From the NCBI GenBank assembly GCA_964276515.1, contig OZ193910.1, forward strand, positions 5,828,001 to 5,892,000: 64,000 nucleotides of DNA, in the 5' to 3' direction. Numbering within the stretch: the first letter of the stretch is position 1; every line of letters begins with the position of its first letter. Origin of the DNA: Gordius albopunctatus. Its lineage: Eukaryota. A program made the position numbers and the translations under genes. Positions 37,527 to 51,646 of the stretch are shown piece after piece. The notes beneath the pieces are model-generated. The model did not search any database. It worked only from the letters and a program-made list of their open reading frames with translations, and was not told the DNA's origin.

Positions 37527-39822
37527 CTATAATGTACAAAAAAATATACATTAGGCTGAATAACTGAAAAGTTGTTCAACATGCCTAGTTTCTATTTTGT
37601 TAGTCTCTAATGACTTAACTTTATAAATTTTATTACCTACATGTTCAACAACCTTAGACAATTCCCATCTAGGTTGACCTAAATAATTTTTCAACCAAAC
37701 AAAATCATTAATATTATATTTAGTCTTGCCTGTTAAATTATGTTTAAATTTGCTATCCAGCAAAAAATCAGGCGGAAAATGTAAATTATGACCAAAAAAT
37801 TCAACACCAACTGGCAAACGTCTAAATATTGGTGTCGTGTTATGGTATAATCTACATAATCATGTACCCTCTTTATTAGTTTGGGCCAGTTCCAATAATT
37901 TTTTTTACAATAGCCACATATCTCTCAACTTGTCCATTAGAACTAGGATGATATGTCGGCGTTTAAAAATGAGTTATTTTCCAATGATTACAAAAAATTT
38001 TAAAATCGACACTTGTAAACGCTTTTCCGTTATCGGTTGCTATAAATTTCGGGAAGCTATAAGAGCCAATTAATTCTTTTAAAAACATTACCGTAACCTT
38101 TGTAGATATATTGTGTATTAGTTTAAATTCAGTCAAACCTGAATATGCATATACCACTAATTAATATCTCTTTTTATTAAATTCAAAAAAATCAATATGA
38201 ATTCTACTCCAGGGACCATCTGCAGGAGGCCATCGAGCCTTTTTATCCCTACGTGGCATGGCTGCTTTTAATTTACACATAGCACATTGCCGAACATAGA
38301 TTTCAACGTCCCTCGTAATCTTGGGCCACCAGACATATAGTCTAACAAGCTCCTTCATTTTGACTATACTTGCATGCCCTTCATGCAAAATATTTAAAAC
38401 GTTACTACGCAGCTCCAAAGGAATTACCAGCTTATCATTGCGTTTAACTAAATTATCTTCAATATATAGTTCACATGTTTAAAATCAACAGGAACATTTT
38501 GAATATCTTTAACACCTGTAATAATTTGTTTAATATTTGCTAATTCAGCATTATTTTCTGTACTTTTGTCAATATCGAACAACATTATTATTTGTAACCG
38601 ATATCTCCTCAGTTATATTACTCGCACTCATTCGTGATAAAACATCAGCCAAATGATTACTTATACCTTCTAGATATTTTAAAGCTAATGAAAAATTACC
38701 AAGAGTAAATAATTCCGTATTAATTTTATCAAATAAAGCTACCAATGGCTTATGATCGGTATACAAAGTAAACGATTTACTAATTAAATATTCTCGACAA
38801 CGTTTTAAACCATAAACCATCGCAAGAGCTTCTTTCTCTATGACCGAATAATTAAGTTCAGCCTTAGTAAGTTTGCGAGAAAAATAAATAACAGGATGCT
38901 CTATTTCGCCTTCTATTTGACATTAAGCACCACCAATACCTGTGTGTGTTGGATGCATCAACTTTTTAAATATGTTCTTTATCAAGATCAAAACATTTAA
39001 GAATAGGATCCCAATAAAATATTTTTCAAAAAATTAAAACATTTATCTAAATTATCATCCCATTTAAATAATACATAATTTTTAGGTAACTTATAAAGAG
39101 GACCAGAATAATTTGTATAATTTTCAAAAAAATTACTGTAATAATTCATTAAACCTAAAAACTATGCAGGTTTTTTTTATCAACTGGTCTATACTTTATT
39201 TCACAATATAATTTTATCATCAATTTCCATCAGTTAAAAAAAAATCATCTCCAATATCATACATTATATATTTTTTAACATTCATGCTGACCTCGATATT
39301 TAATTTATAGTTTTCTTTTTACAATAACGAGTATTATTTTTAAATAAGTGAGTTTTCTTTAAATATCTTCTGGATCTTGATGTCAGTAAGAGAAGTACAA
39401 AATTAGAATTTTACGTTAACTAGAACCGTGATGTGTATGCTTTGCCAAATATCAAGTTAGAACAGGAATGAGGGTAATTTGGCAGCGCGTGTGTAGGAAT
39501 TAATAGAATTTAACATTAAGAATGTTCTATCAAATATAAAAATAAATTAGGTTAATTTCGGCATAACCATATGCCACATTCCATTAAAAGACTGAATTGA
39601 ATTTCTAGATAAATTTTATAATGGACGTTGCTCTCGCAATTTTCGTCCGCTTACCATTTCAATCAGATCGTTTTAAATTTTTCTCATATATTTATAAATA
39701 TTATGTAGTTATTTCAAATCCATATATTTAAATATTTTTCAATTAATAATGAAATAAAGTTTACTAATTTTTTATAATATAGTTTTTATATAAATCACAC
39801 GTGATACAATGTTACAAGCTCT

Positions 39823-42800
39823 TTATAATATCGTCTCAAATTCTTCATTCCCTAAATTTTGTATCAAAACATTTAGCATTATTCCACACACGGCATCATC
39901 TTTTTTCATTGCAAGACCCTAAGGGATATATAAAATGACGGTTTAAAAGAATTTATATAAGTATTCTAACTTGGGTAAAAAGTTCGATAGCTTTAGATGT
40001 TTCGAATTTTAATGCGTAAACTAGGCCCATAGAGGCATATGTTGCCACAGATTTGGGTTTCAAAGAAAGCGCTTTTCTGAAGTAAAGCAATGCCTCATCG
40101 TATAGCCTAGATATAAGAGATTATTTATTCCATCAACCAATTTTAAAAATTAAAATGTGCTAGCAAAGATCCTGTGTGGGCATAATCATCATATGAGTCG
40201 AATACATGATAGGCAAAATATGCTAGAATCCAAAATGTAATATGAAAATTCGGGCCTGAAAATAAATTTAGGTGTAACAGGTAATGGGTAGTGCCTAAAA
40301 TGATAATGCATGCTGATTGTTCGTTTATATAAGATGCACACACACTAAGGGCTTGTCTTAATATCGGATTCAGATCGCGAGAATTTATTTTTGTCTAAAT
40401 ATCCGATTCGATTTTATGGGTCAAACTCGGTTGTAATTATAAATATTTTATTTTTGATAGTTAAAAACTTTTTTTGTTTATTCAAACTCTTGAGATTAAA
40501 TCTAAGCTTCGCTGATACCTAAAAATTTAGAAACATAGCTTAGGAAAAATTTTGCATCTTACAAAATCGCTGTTATGTTATGCCTCTGACATGCAAATCT
40601 GCCGTGAATTCGAAGTTAAGACACGGCTATGTTATAACTCGTAGGACGATTTTTGCTGCGCAGCAAAATCCGATATTAACACAAGCCCCAAGGAAGGAGG
40701 ACTGCGTGCAAGACTGCATGGGCGTAGACAGCATTGGAATTAGAGGGGGGGTAATAATCATTTAGAGAGGGGCAAAATGATCATTTTTTGAAATTTAAGC
40801 CATAATTTCAATAAATTTTTGGAACTAGAGGGGAGCAGTCACCCTCCCTGCCCCCCCCCCCTTGGCTACGCCCATGCAAGACTGAGAACATAACTTTAAT
40901 TTCGGAATGTAAGAAGAACCTTAAGGGGCTCATACTAGCTATCAGTAAATTATTCTTGTTTTGCAAATAACCTAAAAAAATTATATTTACCAACATTCCT
41001 CAACTCCAATCCAGTGATCACCGTGTTAATAACTGCCCAGTAGGCCCTAAATCCACAATATTTTGCATTTCTATTTTATTCTTAGCCTTTATTTCGATGC
41101 CTAAAATGATACCAAACTTCTTTGGTATGTAATATTATAAGACAAACTTCTTATTTAATACCATAAACCATAAAATTTAATAAAAAGTATATTCTATTAA
41201 AACACCCAATCCTTAATTTAGAAAATTTAAATATAGCTTTTTAATATCAAAATAGTTAAGGTATACAACTAATTCATTAGCTCCAGTTATCACCCTTTGT
41301 AATTTAAAAACAAAATTAACAGAAATTATTCAATGATTAACTATTAGATTTAAAATATCGAACAATTGTTTTTAGTTTTGCAATCAAAAAGCTTAAGCAA
41401 TTCCTAAAACTCATTATGCTAGGCCGTGTAGGACAAAATACCTGGACGCATTCAACAAAAGATAAACAAAATGGCTTTGTTTAGCATATGCATACCTAAT
41501 ATATACATCAGTGGTCAGATTTGTTAGAATTTTTCTGCCCGAACCCGGCCTAACCGCCTGGCAATGCCCGAATTATCAGAGCTGCCCGGCCCGGAATGGT
41601 GTGTTTTAAAATTTTTAGCACTAATATCGTTATATTTTTATAAATTTTATCTTAATTTTTGGATTTTTTTTAAATTAGAACTAGGATTAATAAGGCAAAA
41701 TATACACAAAAACAATATAATACATTATTTTAAAAACAAAATTGAGCCCGAATTGATTTATGACAGTTACCCGGCCCGTAGGCCGGGCGGGCAGCGGCCT
41801 GGGCAAATCTGGTCTCTGATATACATAATTAGCATTGGTGTTTTAAAAACGGTTGGATTTTGTTTGGTCGACCTTTGGTTTTACTGGACTAAACATAAAC
41901 AGATGGTCTATTTATGTTTAGTCCAGTAAAACCTTCCAAAGGTCGACCAAATAACACCCAGCCGTTTTTACAATACTACTTAGCATTCTAACTATCAGGG
42001 ATAAAACAAAATGCTGCAAGAAGTTTAACCTAAGTTTTTTTGCAATATGCCCTAGATTTGAATAAAGCGGTTCCCAGTAAGTAGTTAAGGTTATAGGACC
42101 GGACTGTTCGAGTAACTTTAAGCATCCCTGAAGGTAGTCATATGCAACGGAAAATCTGTAAAAGTCATAGGTTAGTTTAAACGTAGTGAAATTACAAAGA
42201 ACTATTGTAGGCGGTTATGCCCAATTCGTGTAAAACAACGGGGTCGTGAGGGGCCATCTTGCTAGATTCGAACAAAAAATTTAGAGCCAACGTGTGGTTA
42301 TTGATGTAGGAATATTCTAATCCGATATACATGTAGACTAGGTGACACCTGTATTTAAAATATTTAAATCGTCATTTTAAATGATATCGCTTTAAGAAAT
42401 ACGATAATGATTTATTGCAAGAAATTAAACACTTCTAATAACCCCAGAATTATATTTGACCAACTTAATAAGACGTTGTTAGATCAAAATCAGAACCTTG
42501 ATTCACTTATAATATATTACTTGCGAATAAATGATTATTACATAAAATTAATCATCAAACTCCATGGTTTAAATTTTGTTGTATTTTATCGATGATATCA
42601 CAAATGTTAGGAAATGTATTTGTAAAACATCAAAAATTTATGGTATATAAGCTAACCAACGCATACACAATAAGTGAATAAATATCATTTTAAGTTATAA
42701 TTCAATATTCATATTAAAACTTTGATCTTAAGTTCGACGAATAAGTTAGATACTTTAGTAATTTAAGAATGAGAAAATAATTTGTGATACATACTAGTGT

Positions 42801-44916
42801 TAAAAATTAAATGTTAGTAATACTTAAAGTTAGATGCTTAAAAATTACTATTTAAAAACAATTTTAAGCATAATTCGTATTAGAGGTATGACCCTTTCAT
42901 AAATTTCAAAGCTTGGTAATAGGTTGCCATGGCCTGATCATGTTCCGAAATAATACTGTAGGAGTGCCCGAGTAGAAGCCAAGCTGGCCCGAAATATTTA
43001 TCGATGGCGAGAGCTTTGTTAATGCAGAACCTGGCAACTTCAAATTTGTTGAGTAATAGGTAATAACAAGCAACAGCATACCAAGATATCTATTGCATTA
43101 TTACGATAATAATAAAGATCTAAATAAATGCCAAGTATATATTTAGTCTTAAACAAGTATAATGGGTAAATACAAATAAAATTAGCAAAGCATCTATAAG
43201 CTGAATTTGATTAAACTCTCATATTATAAATTTGATCAAAGCAATAATTTGAAAGGCAATGTAAAAAATGCATTTTTTGCAGCAAATAATAGTTTTGTAA
43301 AGAATTTGTTATTAATATAATATCACTTTTATATTGAGAGATTCGATTGTTTGTATAAAACAGAAAAGCATTTAGCAAATTATAAATAATTTGAATAAGA
43401 ACAATCAAGTATCATAAAAATTGTAAAATTATAAGATTGTAAACTAGTTATTTGACTATTTGCTAAATAATATATTCATTTATTTTTGAAGTAATAATAT
43501 CTTATTGATAAAACTGTTAACCTGATTTGACTGATAGAAATTTATAAGTGAATGTGCAAGCATAAATAGATCTGTTTTGTTAAAATAATAAATGAATATT
43601 AGATACTAATCTTTATGAGTATTTGTACAATAAAATTAAAATAAATAGATATTAATAATTAAAATAATGATTTTATTATTTTTTGTTAAATTTGTTTAGT
43701 ATTTTTAGCTAATAAAAGTAGTAAAATTAAAAAATATTGCATTATTTGCAAACCTTTTAAATTGTCTGTATGATATAGATTAGAAATTTTTAAAAGCAAC
43801 AGCCTGTCATTGTATGGGTCTTTCTTATATAACTTTTCAACTAGCTCCAAACTTTCTCGAAAGAAACATCTATAAAATAACTTTTCAGTTTGTTTTAATT
43901 CAAAACTGAAATCAAACAGTTTGCTGACTTTTAGATTATCATCTTCACCAAGTTCATTTGTTTCAAATTTAAAATTTGTATTATTAAAACTTTGCTCTAT
44001 ATAATCCTGATAAATGAGGGTTAATGTTCTTTGAAAACTATTTGTATCATCCTTAGGCATAGAGGATATAGCTTTGTTGATTATTTTTTGTGCTAAACAA
44101 TTAAAATATTTTATTTAAATAGCATACCTTCTACATCTGAGAGCAATTGATACTTGAGCAAAAGCTTTAGAGATTCAAAATTAGTAGGATCATAATACAG
44201 AGATAAAATTAAATGCTTTTTAGCCAATGATAGATTATCAATAGCCTCAAATATTTTACCCTTCAATAAATGTGTGGAACTTTGATTGTCCTAAGTATAA
44301 ATATAGTAAATTAATAATATCTATGTATAGGCTTTAAGATTTATTGATATAAATCAATTAATCAAATAATAAATAAATTTAATACTACTTTAAGCAATTT
44401 TTGTAACATTGCATCACTTTTAATATTGGAAGTATCAGGTAAATCTTGAGGACCAATATTTATTTCAGGTACTTGGCTTAACATATCTAAAGCTTTTTCA
44501 TACTTTTTACAATGGTACTAATATTATGATTAAAATATATTTAGTCATTTACCAAATTTAAAGCAGCAAGGTATGTTTGATTATCACTATGCTGAATATA
44601 TTTATAAATATCAAATATAAGTTTATCTTTATAAACAAAACATGTATTACTTCAGAAGTTGACAATATGGAATAACTTCGGCAAAAATCCTTATTGGAGG
44701 TTAAGGTGTAAGCATACCAATAAAGATCTTCTTCATCTAAGCAAAATTATAATAAAATTTTAATTAAAACCGTGAGATAACTGGTATGCTTTTTCAGCCC
44801 AATATTCCGCTGTTCCATACTCAAGCTAAAATAATGAAATTTTTATAACAATTCAAATAATAAACTTTTGATATGTAATATTGAATCAAGCGCCTTAAAT
44901 TTTCTTGCAGCTGCAT
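39823..44916 (-). CDS. CDC16: Cell division cycle protein 16 / APC6 (TPR subunit of APC/C), 13 exons (44866-44916, 44771-44825, 44651-44735, 44553-44591, 44389-44517, 44128-44290, 43754-44092, 43522-43571, 42893-43089, 42196-42348, 42029-42155, 39971-40106, 39823-39918)
   Basis: Spliced frame with CDC16 landmarks: LRRLIQYY..EYGTAEYWAEK, DLYWYA, LLKGKIFEAIDN, LFMLAHSL..FY..ISWYAVACYY, FGPAWLLLGHSY...EHDQAMATY, GCHL..MYIGLEY, P.DPVVLHELG, WEPLYSNLGH..KKL. Confidence 0.93.
40349..40688. mobile_element. PIF/Harbinger-like MITE in a CDC16 intron
   Basis: TIR GGGCTTGT(C/G)TTAATATCGGATT, flanked by TAA / CAA. Confidence 0.7.
40717..40876. mobile_element. hAT MITE of the abundant CATGGGCGTAGCC family
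   Basis: TIR CATGGGCGTAG...CTACGCCCATG with a perfect TSD CAAGACTG. Related copies lie at ~700-763, ~19040-19127, 29834-29995, 45035-45077, from 51348, 51956-52321, ~54716-54876, ~55908-56072, ~57042-57210, ~58885-59033 and ~61313-61476. Confidence 0.88.
41509..41818. mobile_element. hAT MITE
   Basis: TIR CAGTGGTCAGATTTG / CAAATCTGGTCTCTG, perfect 8-bp TSD ATATACAT and gcccgg subterminal repeats. Confidence 0.85.
41836..41977. mobile_element. Palindromic hAT MITE (TAGTGTTGTAAAAACGG family)
   Basis: Near-perfect inverted arms with TSD ATTAGCAT/CTTAGCAT. Relatives lie at ~53403-53605, ~60051-60203 and ~60457-60973. Confidence 0.75.
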
Positions 44917-45034
44917 TGAATGATAGTACCACGCTTTTTGATTCCAATTTTATTTTGATTACCATAACGTACAATATTTTTTCGATAAAAGTGTTTAATA
45001 CTTTGTTATTATACATTCATAGTTTTGGTATTAT

Positions 45035-45077
45035 CATGGCCGTAGCCATCTTTTGGATTAGGGGGGCTACGCCCATG
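45035..45077. mobile_element. 43-bp minimal hAT MITE upstream of CDC16
   Basis: CATGGCCGTAGCC-atcttttggattagggg-GGCTACGCCCATG with a perfect 8-bp TSD GGTATTAT. Confidence 0.88.
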
Positions 45078-47399
45078 GGTATTATTCTCTTCACAATTTT
45101 AACCAGTTATTAATTGACTGCTGTCATATGCTCAATCGTTTCTCGCGCATTATTTATTTAATATTTCAAAGCACAATTAATTTAGCCGTGTTTTTAAAAC
45201 ATCATTAAAATCGAATATTATATCAAATTCTTTCTCTCTGCCATCCAAAATACACAAAAGTTCTTAAATCAACTATTTTTGATGTTTTAGATTAGTCATC
45301 CTCAAAGTTACTTTAAATATCCAATTCTATCTGGTTAACTATTTTCAAAATTTTAGTGTTTTCAATGATTTTTAATTAATAAAATAGGAGCCTTTTAAAA
45401 TCTAAAAACTTGTTTGTCAAAAATGAATTCTGGTTCAAATTTAGCTGTAGATAAGTTAAAAGGTGTCTAAACATATATAATTTTTCCAGGAATCTCATTT
45501 ATTATTAATATTGCATTGACCGATATAAATTATACAAAATCGCAAATTTAATATGCAATCTGGAAAACTTGAAATTTTAAAATTAAACAATTTCTAGCTA
45601 GCTAAAATTGTTATTTCCAACTAGCTGTGGCTTGGGAAGGATTACCTCAAGGGGGCGGGGGGGGGTTCAAAACATTTTGATAATTAAATTAGTGGCGAAG
45701 GTAGAATTGCCCAATGTGGGGGGGGGGAGCTAATATTAAAATACATTTAAATTATATACATTGAATATCTAGAATATAATATTTTCAGTATGTTTGTACC
45801 TAAAAAAGACACATTTAAATTATTTATACTGTGTGACCAACTTCCGCTAGTATTCTTTCTTCCAAGGGCGCAATTAATACAAGAGCGTAAAAGGAGTGGG
45901 GCAAAGAGGGGAACAAGTGGAGACGGCAAAGGGGAGAACAAGAGAAGGGGGAAAAGAGGGGGGACAATGGTCAAACTCTTAGCAGGGGTTCAGACAAATA
46001 TATACATTTTTGGCCTAAAGATTAGAAACCAACCAAAATTCACAAAAAAAGTCATAAAAAAGTAAAAATAAAGTAACGTCCGGAAAAGAAAAAAATTGTT
46101 TATATTTGGGCGATTAACGGTAATAATTAATTTTCAGTCAAAAAAATCAAATTTTTAGAGGGAAAATGTATCTTTGAAGCTAATATTATAAATGCCAAAA
46201 CCTGTAGGCACAAAAAAATATGAATTTTGGCTTTTGGCCGGGATAAGACAAAGTATATGTAAGCAGCGGTCATCAGTTATTAGCAATAAATTATTTAGCC
46301 CACTTTGCAACTATCCGTTGTAAAGTGATAACCTAGACAAGTTTCCAAAAGAAATTTAGATATAAAAGTAATCAGTCGGCCCATAAACAATAATTAAATC
46401 TTGGCTCGGGCGAGATCGAAAGAATTAGAGTCAATCAGCGGTCATTAGCTAGTCTATTTGCGAAACCAAAATAAAAGTTCTTTGCAGAAAATAAGTCCAC
46501 AGCCATTATAAACCCGTATAAGTTTCTACAGCAATTATTAAAGAATTACAAGTTGGACATGACAAACGATCTTATAAATTGCATAGCAATTAATATATAA
46601 AAACTTCGAGAGGTCGCAAATTTAATAAAATATTTAACCTGCTTGCTGATCACCATCAACGCCTAAAAGAATAATAAAGGAGAGTAGAGATGGGAGGGAA
46701 GATTTATTCGCAACAGTTTTCATATCGACTACCGGTTAGCTGGATATTTCCAGGCCGTTCGCTTTACATAAAATTTAAGAGATTGAGCTACTGGCTTTTC
46801 CATTTGGGGCACGTAGAGCACTTACGTATTAGATTATTATAAAAAACTTTTTTGTGTTTATATCAACATCAAATGCGTAATTTGTCACATTGAGATTGCA
46901 CATCTGATTTTTTAACGAGCCATGAGCGTTGGGAAAGTGTTGATAATCTTGGCTTAACCGTCTAGGCAGCTTTTTAATTTTTCTTTTAACAACACCACTG
47001 TAAAAAATGTTGGAAGTTCATTTTTGTTTTTAGAGTTGTAAATTGCTCGCGTGAGCCATGCTTACTATGTGCTTTGCTTGAGCACGCACTGAGTTGTTTA
47101 ATAAGAGCGTATAGCACAATCTGTTCTTACTACTTGGTGCATAGTGTTTCGATCTCGACTCGGTCTCGAAAACAAAATCTCGTCTCGGAACCGATTATAA
47201 AAATTTCGATCTCGTCTCCTCTCGACTTTTAAAAAAAAATTTAGTCGGAATAAAAATTTCTCGTGTTTAATATAAAAATATTAAATGCCAAAACATACAT
47301 AATTATTTGGAAATAAACTTTGATTGATTAAAAAAAATATTGTATATTTTTTTAAACTTTAATATACAAACTTTTCAACGATTTCTCATTCAAAATATA

Positions 47400-48350
47400 A
47401 AGATATGAATTAATTCCTAAAGATTTGAAGAACATCACGAAATTAATGATCTTAAAAAAGATATTTGTACCACCCTCAGTCAAAATTTCTAATCACTCAA
47501 CAACATAAAATTGCCACATTTTTATGCCCAAATTATCGCCAACTCAGGATGCTCCCCCCAAATGAGCGAGTAGGCGTAATTAATGAAATAAGATCCACAC
47601 TAGCGTCTAAGGATTTTTTGGTAGATTCTGCAGCTGAGATTGAAAATTATGCGGCAAATAGTAGTGATAGTCAGCCTCAAAAAAAAGACAAAAAAGTAAT
47701 TAACATACATTTAAATATGCATTATGTATATATATTTTTTACATAAAATAAATTATTTAATTTATATTTTAAAATAGTTAATCAATGGGAAGATGAGCAG
47801 GAAGAAGATAAAGCCCCCGATGAAATCTCAATTTACCTTTCGTTAAAAAATGAAGATTGCAAATATGATTCAAAAAAAGATTTGCTGAAATGGTGGGTTT
47901 CATATCAAACAGTCCTGCCAAGGCTTTATAAGCTGGCAAATAAATTTTTAGCTATACCTGCTACCTCTACCACTTCGGAAAGAAATTTATCGGTGGCTGG
48001 AAGAACATTAGAAGAAAGAAGAACGCGAATTAAACCAGAAAATTTAGATTCTTTATTATTTTTATATGATAACATGGAATTAGTCAAATAAAATTTTATA
48101 TTTCAAGTATATTAAAATTGCTATACCTTATTTTTATGTATTTTGAATTTAATCATCAATAAAAAGTTCTGTTCGTAAAATTTTAATTAAAAAATTTCGG
48201 ATCGGATCGGATGGGATTTAGATTTTAAAAAACTCGGATCGGATCGGATTTAGATTTTAAAAAACTCGGATCGGATCGGATGGATACGAAATTTTTTAAA
48301 AACCCCTCGGATCGGATCGGATCAAAAAAATTTGATCCGTGCACACCTCT
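47400..48350 (+). mobile_element. hAT (Ac/ZBED-like) transposon 3' part with spliced transposase remnant
   Basis: HKIATFLCPNYR exon, then a gtaatt..aatag intron (~47696-47777), then DEISIYL...LLKWW....LPRLYKLANKFLAIPATSTTSERNLSVAG..LEERRTRIKPENLDSLLFL. (tcgga)n subterminal repeats lead to the terminus GTGCACACCTCTA. A different MITE left end with tctcg repeats sits at 47142-47240. Confidence 0.88.
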
Positions 48351-48384
48351 AATCTACACAGATAATAACATGACCAAAAATATT

Positions 48385-50773
48385 GTCTATCCCCAAGCAT
48401 GCAAACATTTCAGCGCCTCATAGATGACATTTTTAATGGTTTGGATTTTGTGTATGCTTACATCGATGATATACTTATCGCCAGTTCCACAGAAAATGAA
48501 CACAAATTACACCTCTCAACAGTTTTTAAACAATTACAAACATACGGTATTCGCATAAATCTATCAAAATGTTCTTTGGGGGTAAAATCATTAAACTTTC
48601 TCGGTAATCATGTCGATCAAAATGGCATAGGCCCCTTGTCAAACAAAATTGATGCAATTAGGGATTTTCCAATTCCTCAAACCATGAAGAGTTTGAAACG
48701 TTTTTTAGGTATGGTGAATTTTTATAGACGTTTTATACCAAATTGGGCTTCAATTTCGAAACCACTTACCGACTTATTAAACAATGATGAGAAAGATATT
48801 AAAATAACGGAGGCAGAAATGAATTCATTTAATCTCTTAAAACAAAGTATAATTAAAGCAACCAATTTAGGATTTTTGAAATCAAACAGTTGGTTAACAT
48901 TAACCACAGATGCTTCGAACATAGCAGTTGGGGGAGTTTTGCATCAGGTAAGCAATCACAAACAAGAACCATTAGCCTTTTTTTCTCAAAAATTATCAGC
49001 AGCTCAAGCACGCTATAGTACATTTAGTCGAGAATTACTAGCTATTTTTTTGGCGATTAAACATTTCAAACACATACTAGAGGGACGCAATTTTACTATA
49101 TTTACGGATCATAAACCTTTAATTTATTCTTTCCAGCGAAAATTTATCGTTATTCACCCAGAGAAATCCGACATTTAGATTATGTCTCTCAATTCAGCAC
49201 TGACATTCGCTTTATAAAAGGTAATAGTAATATTACAGCGGACACACTATCTCGATCAGACATAAATTCTTTAACTTTACCTATTTGTCCGAATGAGATT
49301 CAAATAGTCTTGAACCAAATGAATGATACTGAGTTATTGCTAAACACTAAATCTTTACGTCTCGTAAAATTAAAAATCCCTGGTTGTCAAGAAGACATTC
49401 TTTGCGACATATCGACAGGTTCACCTCGACCACTTATACCAACAAAACTAAGAAAGTATTTCTTCGATCACTTTCACTCTCTTTCACATCCCGGGATTCG
49501 AGCAAATCAAAGACTAATTACTCGCAGCTTTGTGTGGCCCTCGATGAATAAAGATATTCGGAATTGGACAAAAGAATGTATAAAATGTCAAAAGTCTAAA
49601 GTGAACAAACACACAATTACTTCACCTGGCACTTTTGACGACACCGACGAAAGGTTCAGTCACGTACATTTGGATGTGGTAGGCCCTTTGCCACCTTCAT
49701 CTCACTACACCCATATTCTTACAGCCATCGATCGCTTTACGAGATGGCCAATCGCAATACCAATCAACGATATATCAGCCGAAAATTTAGCAAGAATATT
49801 TATTCAACATTGGATTGCCAACTTTGGTGTCCCAAAGATTATAACTACTGATAGAAGTGCTCAATTTACATCCTGTTTATTTCGAGAATTATCATCCACA
49901 TTAGGATTTGACCATATCAAAACTACAGCCTATCACCCGTGTTCTAATGGTTTAGTTGAGCGCTTTCATAGGCAATTAAAAGCTTCCATCATGACACAAG
50001 AAGATACGACAAAATGGAGTGAAACACTATCATTAATTCTTCTCAGCATTAGGTCGACAATCAAAGAAGATATCGGATACACCCCTTCGGAAATGGTTTA
50101 TGGGACGACATTAAGGCTACCAGGGGAATATTTTCAAAAATCATTCATAGACTCATCAAAACCAGGTTATGTAATTAGACTTAAAGAAATAATGCAAAAT
50201 CTAAAATTTTGCCCTACCAGAAGACATGATAAGAAGGAATATATCCCTAACAATTTAAAAACATCAGATTATGTTTTTGTGCGCAATGACACGGTCAGAA
50301 AATCTTTACAACTCCCATATGATGGACCCTTTAAAGTACTAAAAAGGAGAAAGAAATTTTTCATAGTGGAAAAGGGTAATAAAGAGGAAACCATATCACT
50401 TGACAGGCTTAAACCAGCATGGATCGAAACAAAAGAAGATTATAGTAACACTTTACCTGTTCAACAACGAATTTCTAGATATGGAAGAACTATAACTATT
50501 CCACAAAATTTTTCTTATAAGTTATAATGTGTATATATATTTTTTTAAGAGGGGGATATCTGTAGGGAAACAAATTACACTTACCTTGGAAAGATTTGGT
50601 TGTAATACGTACAAGGTGAAAATAGAAAGAATACAAACACAGAATCAACTTTCATTTGAATGTTATCGTTATCTATCGCTATATAAACTCACTCCTTTAT
50701 AAGTTTTGTATCATTGTTCTTTTATCGTGTAATAAATTATATTCCTCCTCTCTCACTAAACATTATTACTAGA
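48385..50773 (+). mobile_element. Ty3/Gypsy LTR retrotransposon, 5'-truncated (RT C-half, RNase H, integrase, PPT, 3' LTR)
   Basis: FQRLID..YIDDILI, FLGMVNFYRRFIP, TTDAS, RELLAI, TDHKPL, then integrase 49310-50527 with GPF. PPT GAGGGGGA and an LTR starting TGTAG at 50561. It is the same lineage as the 1083-2960 element. Confidence 0.93.
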
Positions 50774-51646
50774 AAATACTAGAAGTGATGTGCATGCTCA
50801 TAGTTATGCCTCGATCATTAAATTTTTTATTAGCTTTTTTTCTAATCAGCTTTTTTTTGAAGAGCTTTATTTTTGAACACATTTTAGGGCCCAAATTTTT
50901 TATTAGCATTTTCTGATCAGCTTTTCTTTGAAGAGCTTTATTTTTGAACAGAAACGGGGTATAGTGTTATATGGGCATATAACCCAATTAGGTAGAGAGG
51001 GAGGGAGGCTCAAAGGATGCCGCGATTTCGCATAGGGACTAATTGAATATTCGATATATTGGAAAAAGTAAAAATAATAGGGAAAAAATGATTTTAAAAT
51101 GTTTTACCCTAAGTTGGTTCTACCACTTAGAGGTTTAAAAAATTTTTAGCTATTCAATTCGTCAAAAAGTGCCCAAAACGGTCATTTTCGCAACTTTGAA
51201 TCGAAATATCTAAAAAAAACTTGACGTATAGGAAAAAAACGAAAAACATATTTGTGTTTACCACAAAAAACAGAATATGTTGACCGTTTAGCGGTTGATT
51301 AAACAAGATATTTATTTGTCGACTAGTGTTATCAATTGCATTTGACCCATGGGCGTAGCTATGTTTTGGATAAGGGTGTGGGGGGGGGGCGAAAATGTTT
51401 TATGGGCAAAACATAAAAAATTTTAATTTTCAAAGGTTTTTGCATCGAAATTTTATTTAAAAACAAGTTAGAGGGTAGGCAAGCAGTGTAAAAATATAAT
51501 TTGTAGTCTCTTAAATAGTGCTTGTTAATTAACAGAGTGTGAAACGCATATTAATTATCGATACTAATACAAGGCAAACTGAAATTATGGCTGTTTTAAT
51601 AGTAGAACTCTTAAGTTGTGTATTATTTAAGCATTGATATTTAATA

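Larger units (their letters stand above)
35550..39578 (-). mobile_element. Ty3/Gypsy element, internally deleted, with both LTRs partly present
   Basis: The LTR start TGTGGCATATGG occurs at 39578 and at 37015, the latter preceded by PPT AAAAAGGGGGGGGG. 39190-39578 duplicates 35645-35678 plus 36621-37015. The interior has RNase H (YTDHKPL..ADVLSR), integrase HHCC (LHEGH..WWP..C..C), HIDF and TDNGKAF pieces. The left boundary is approximate. Confidence 0.85.

Noticed and set aside
45747..46065. ORFs over a purine-rich tract
   Set aside because: This is low-complexity sequence with no splice or domain support.
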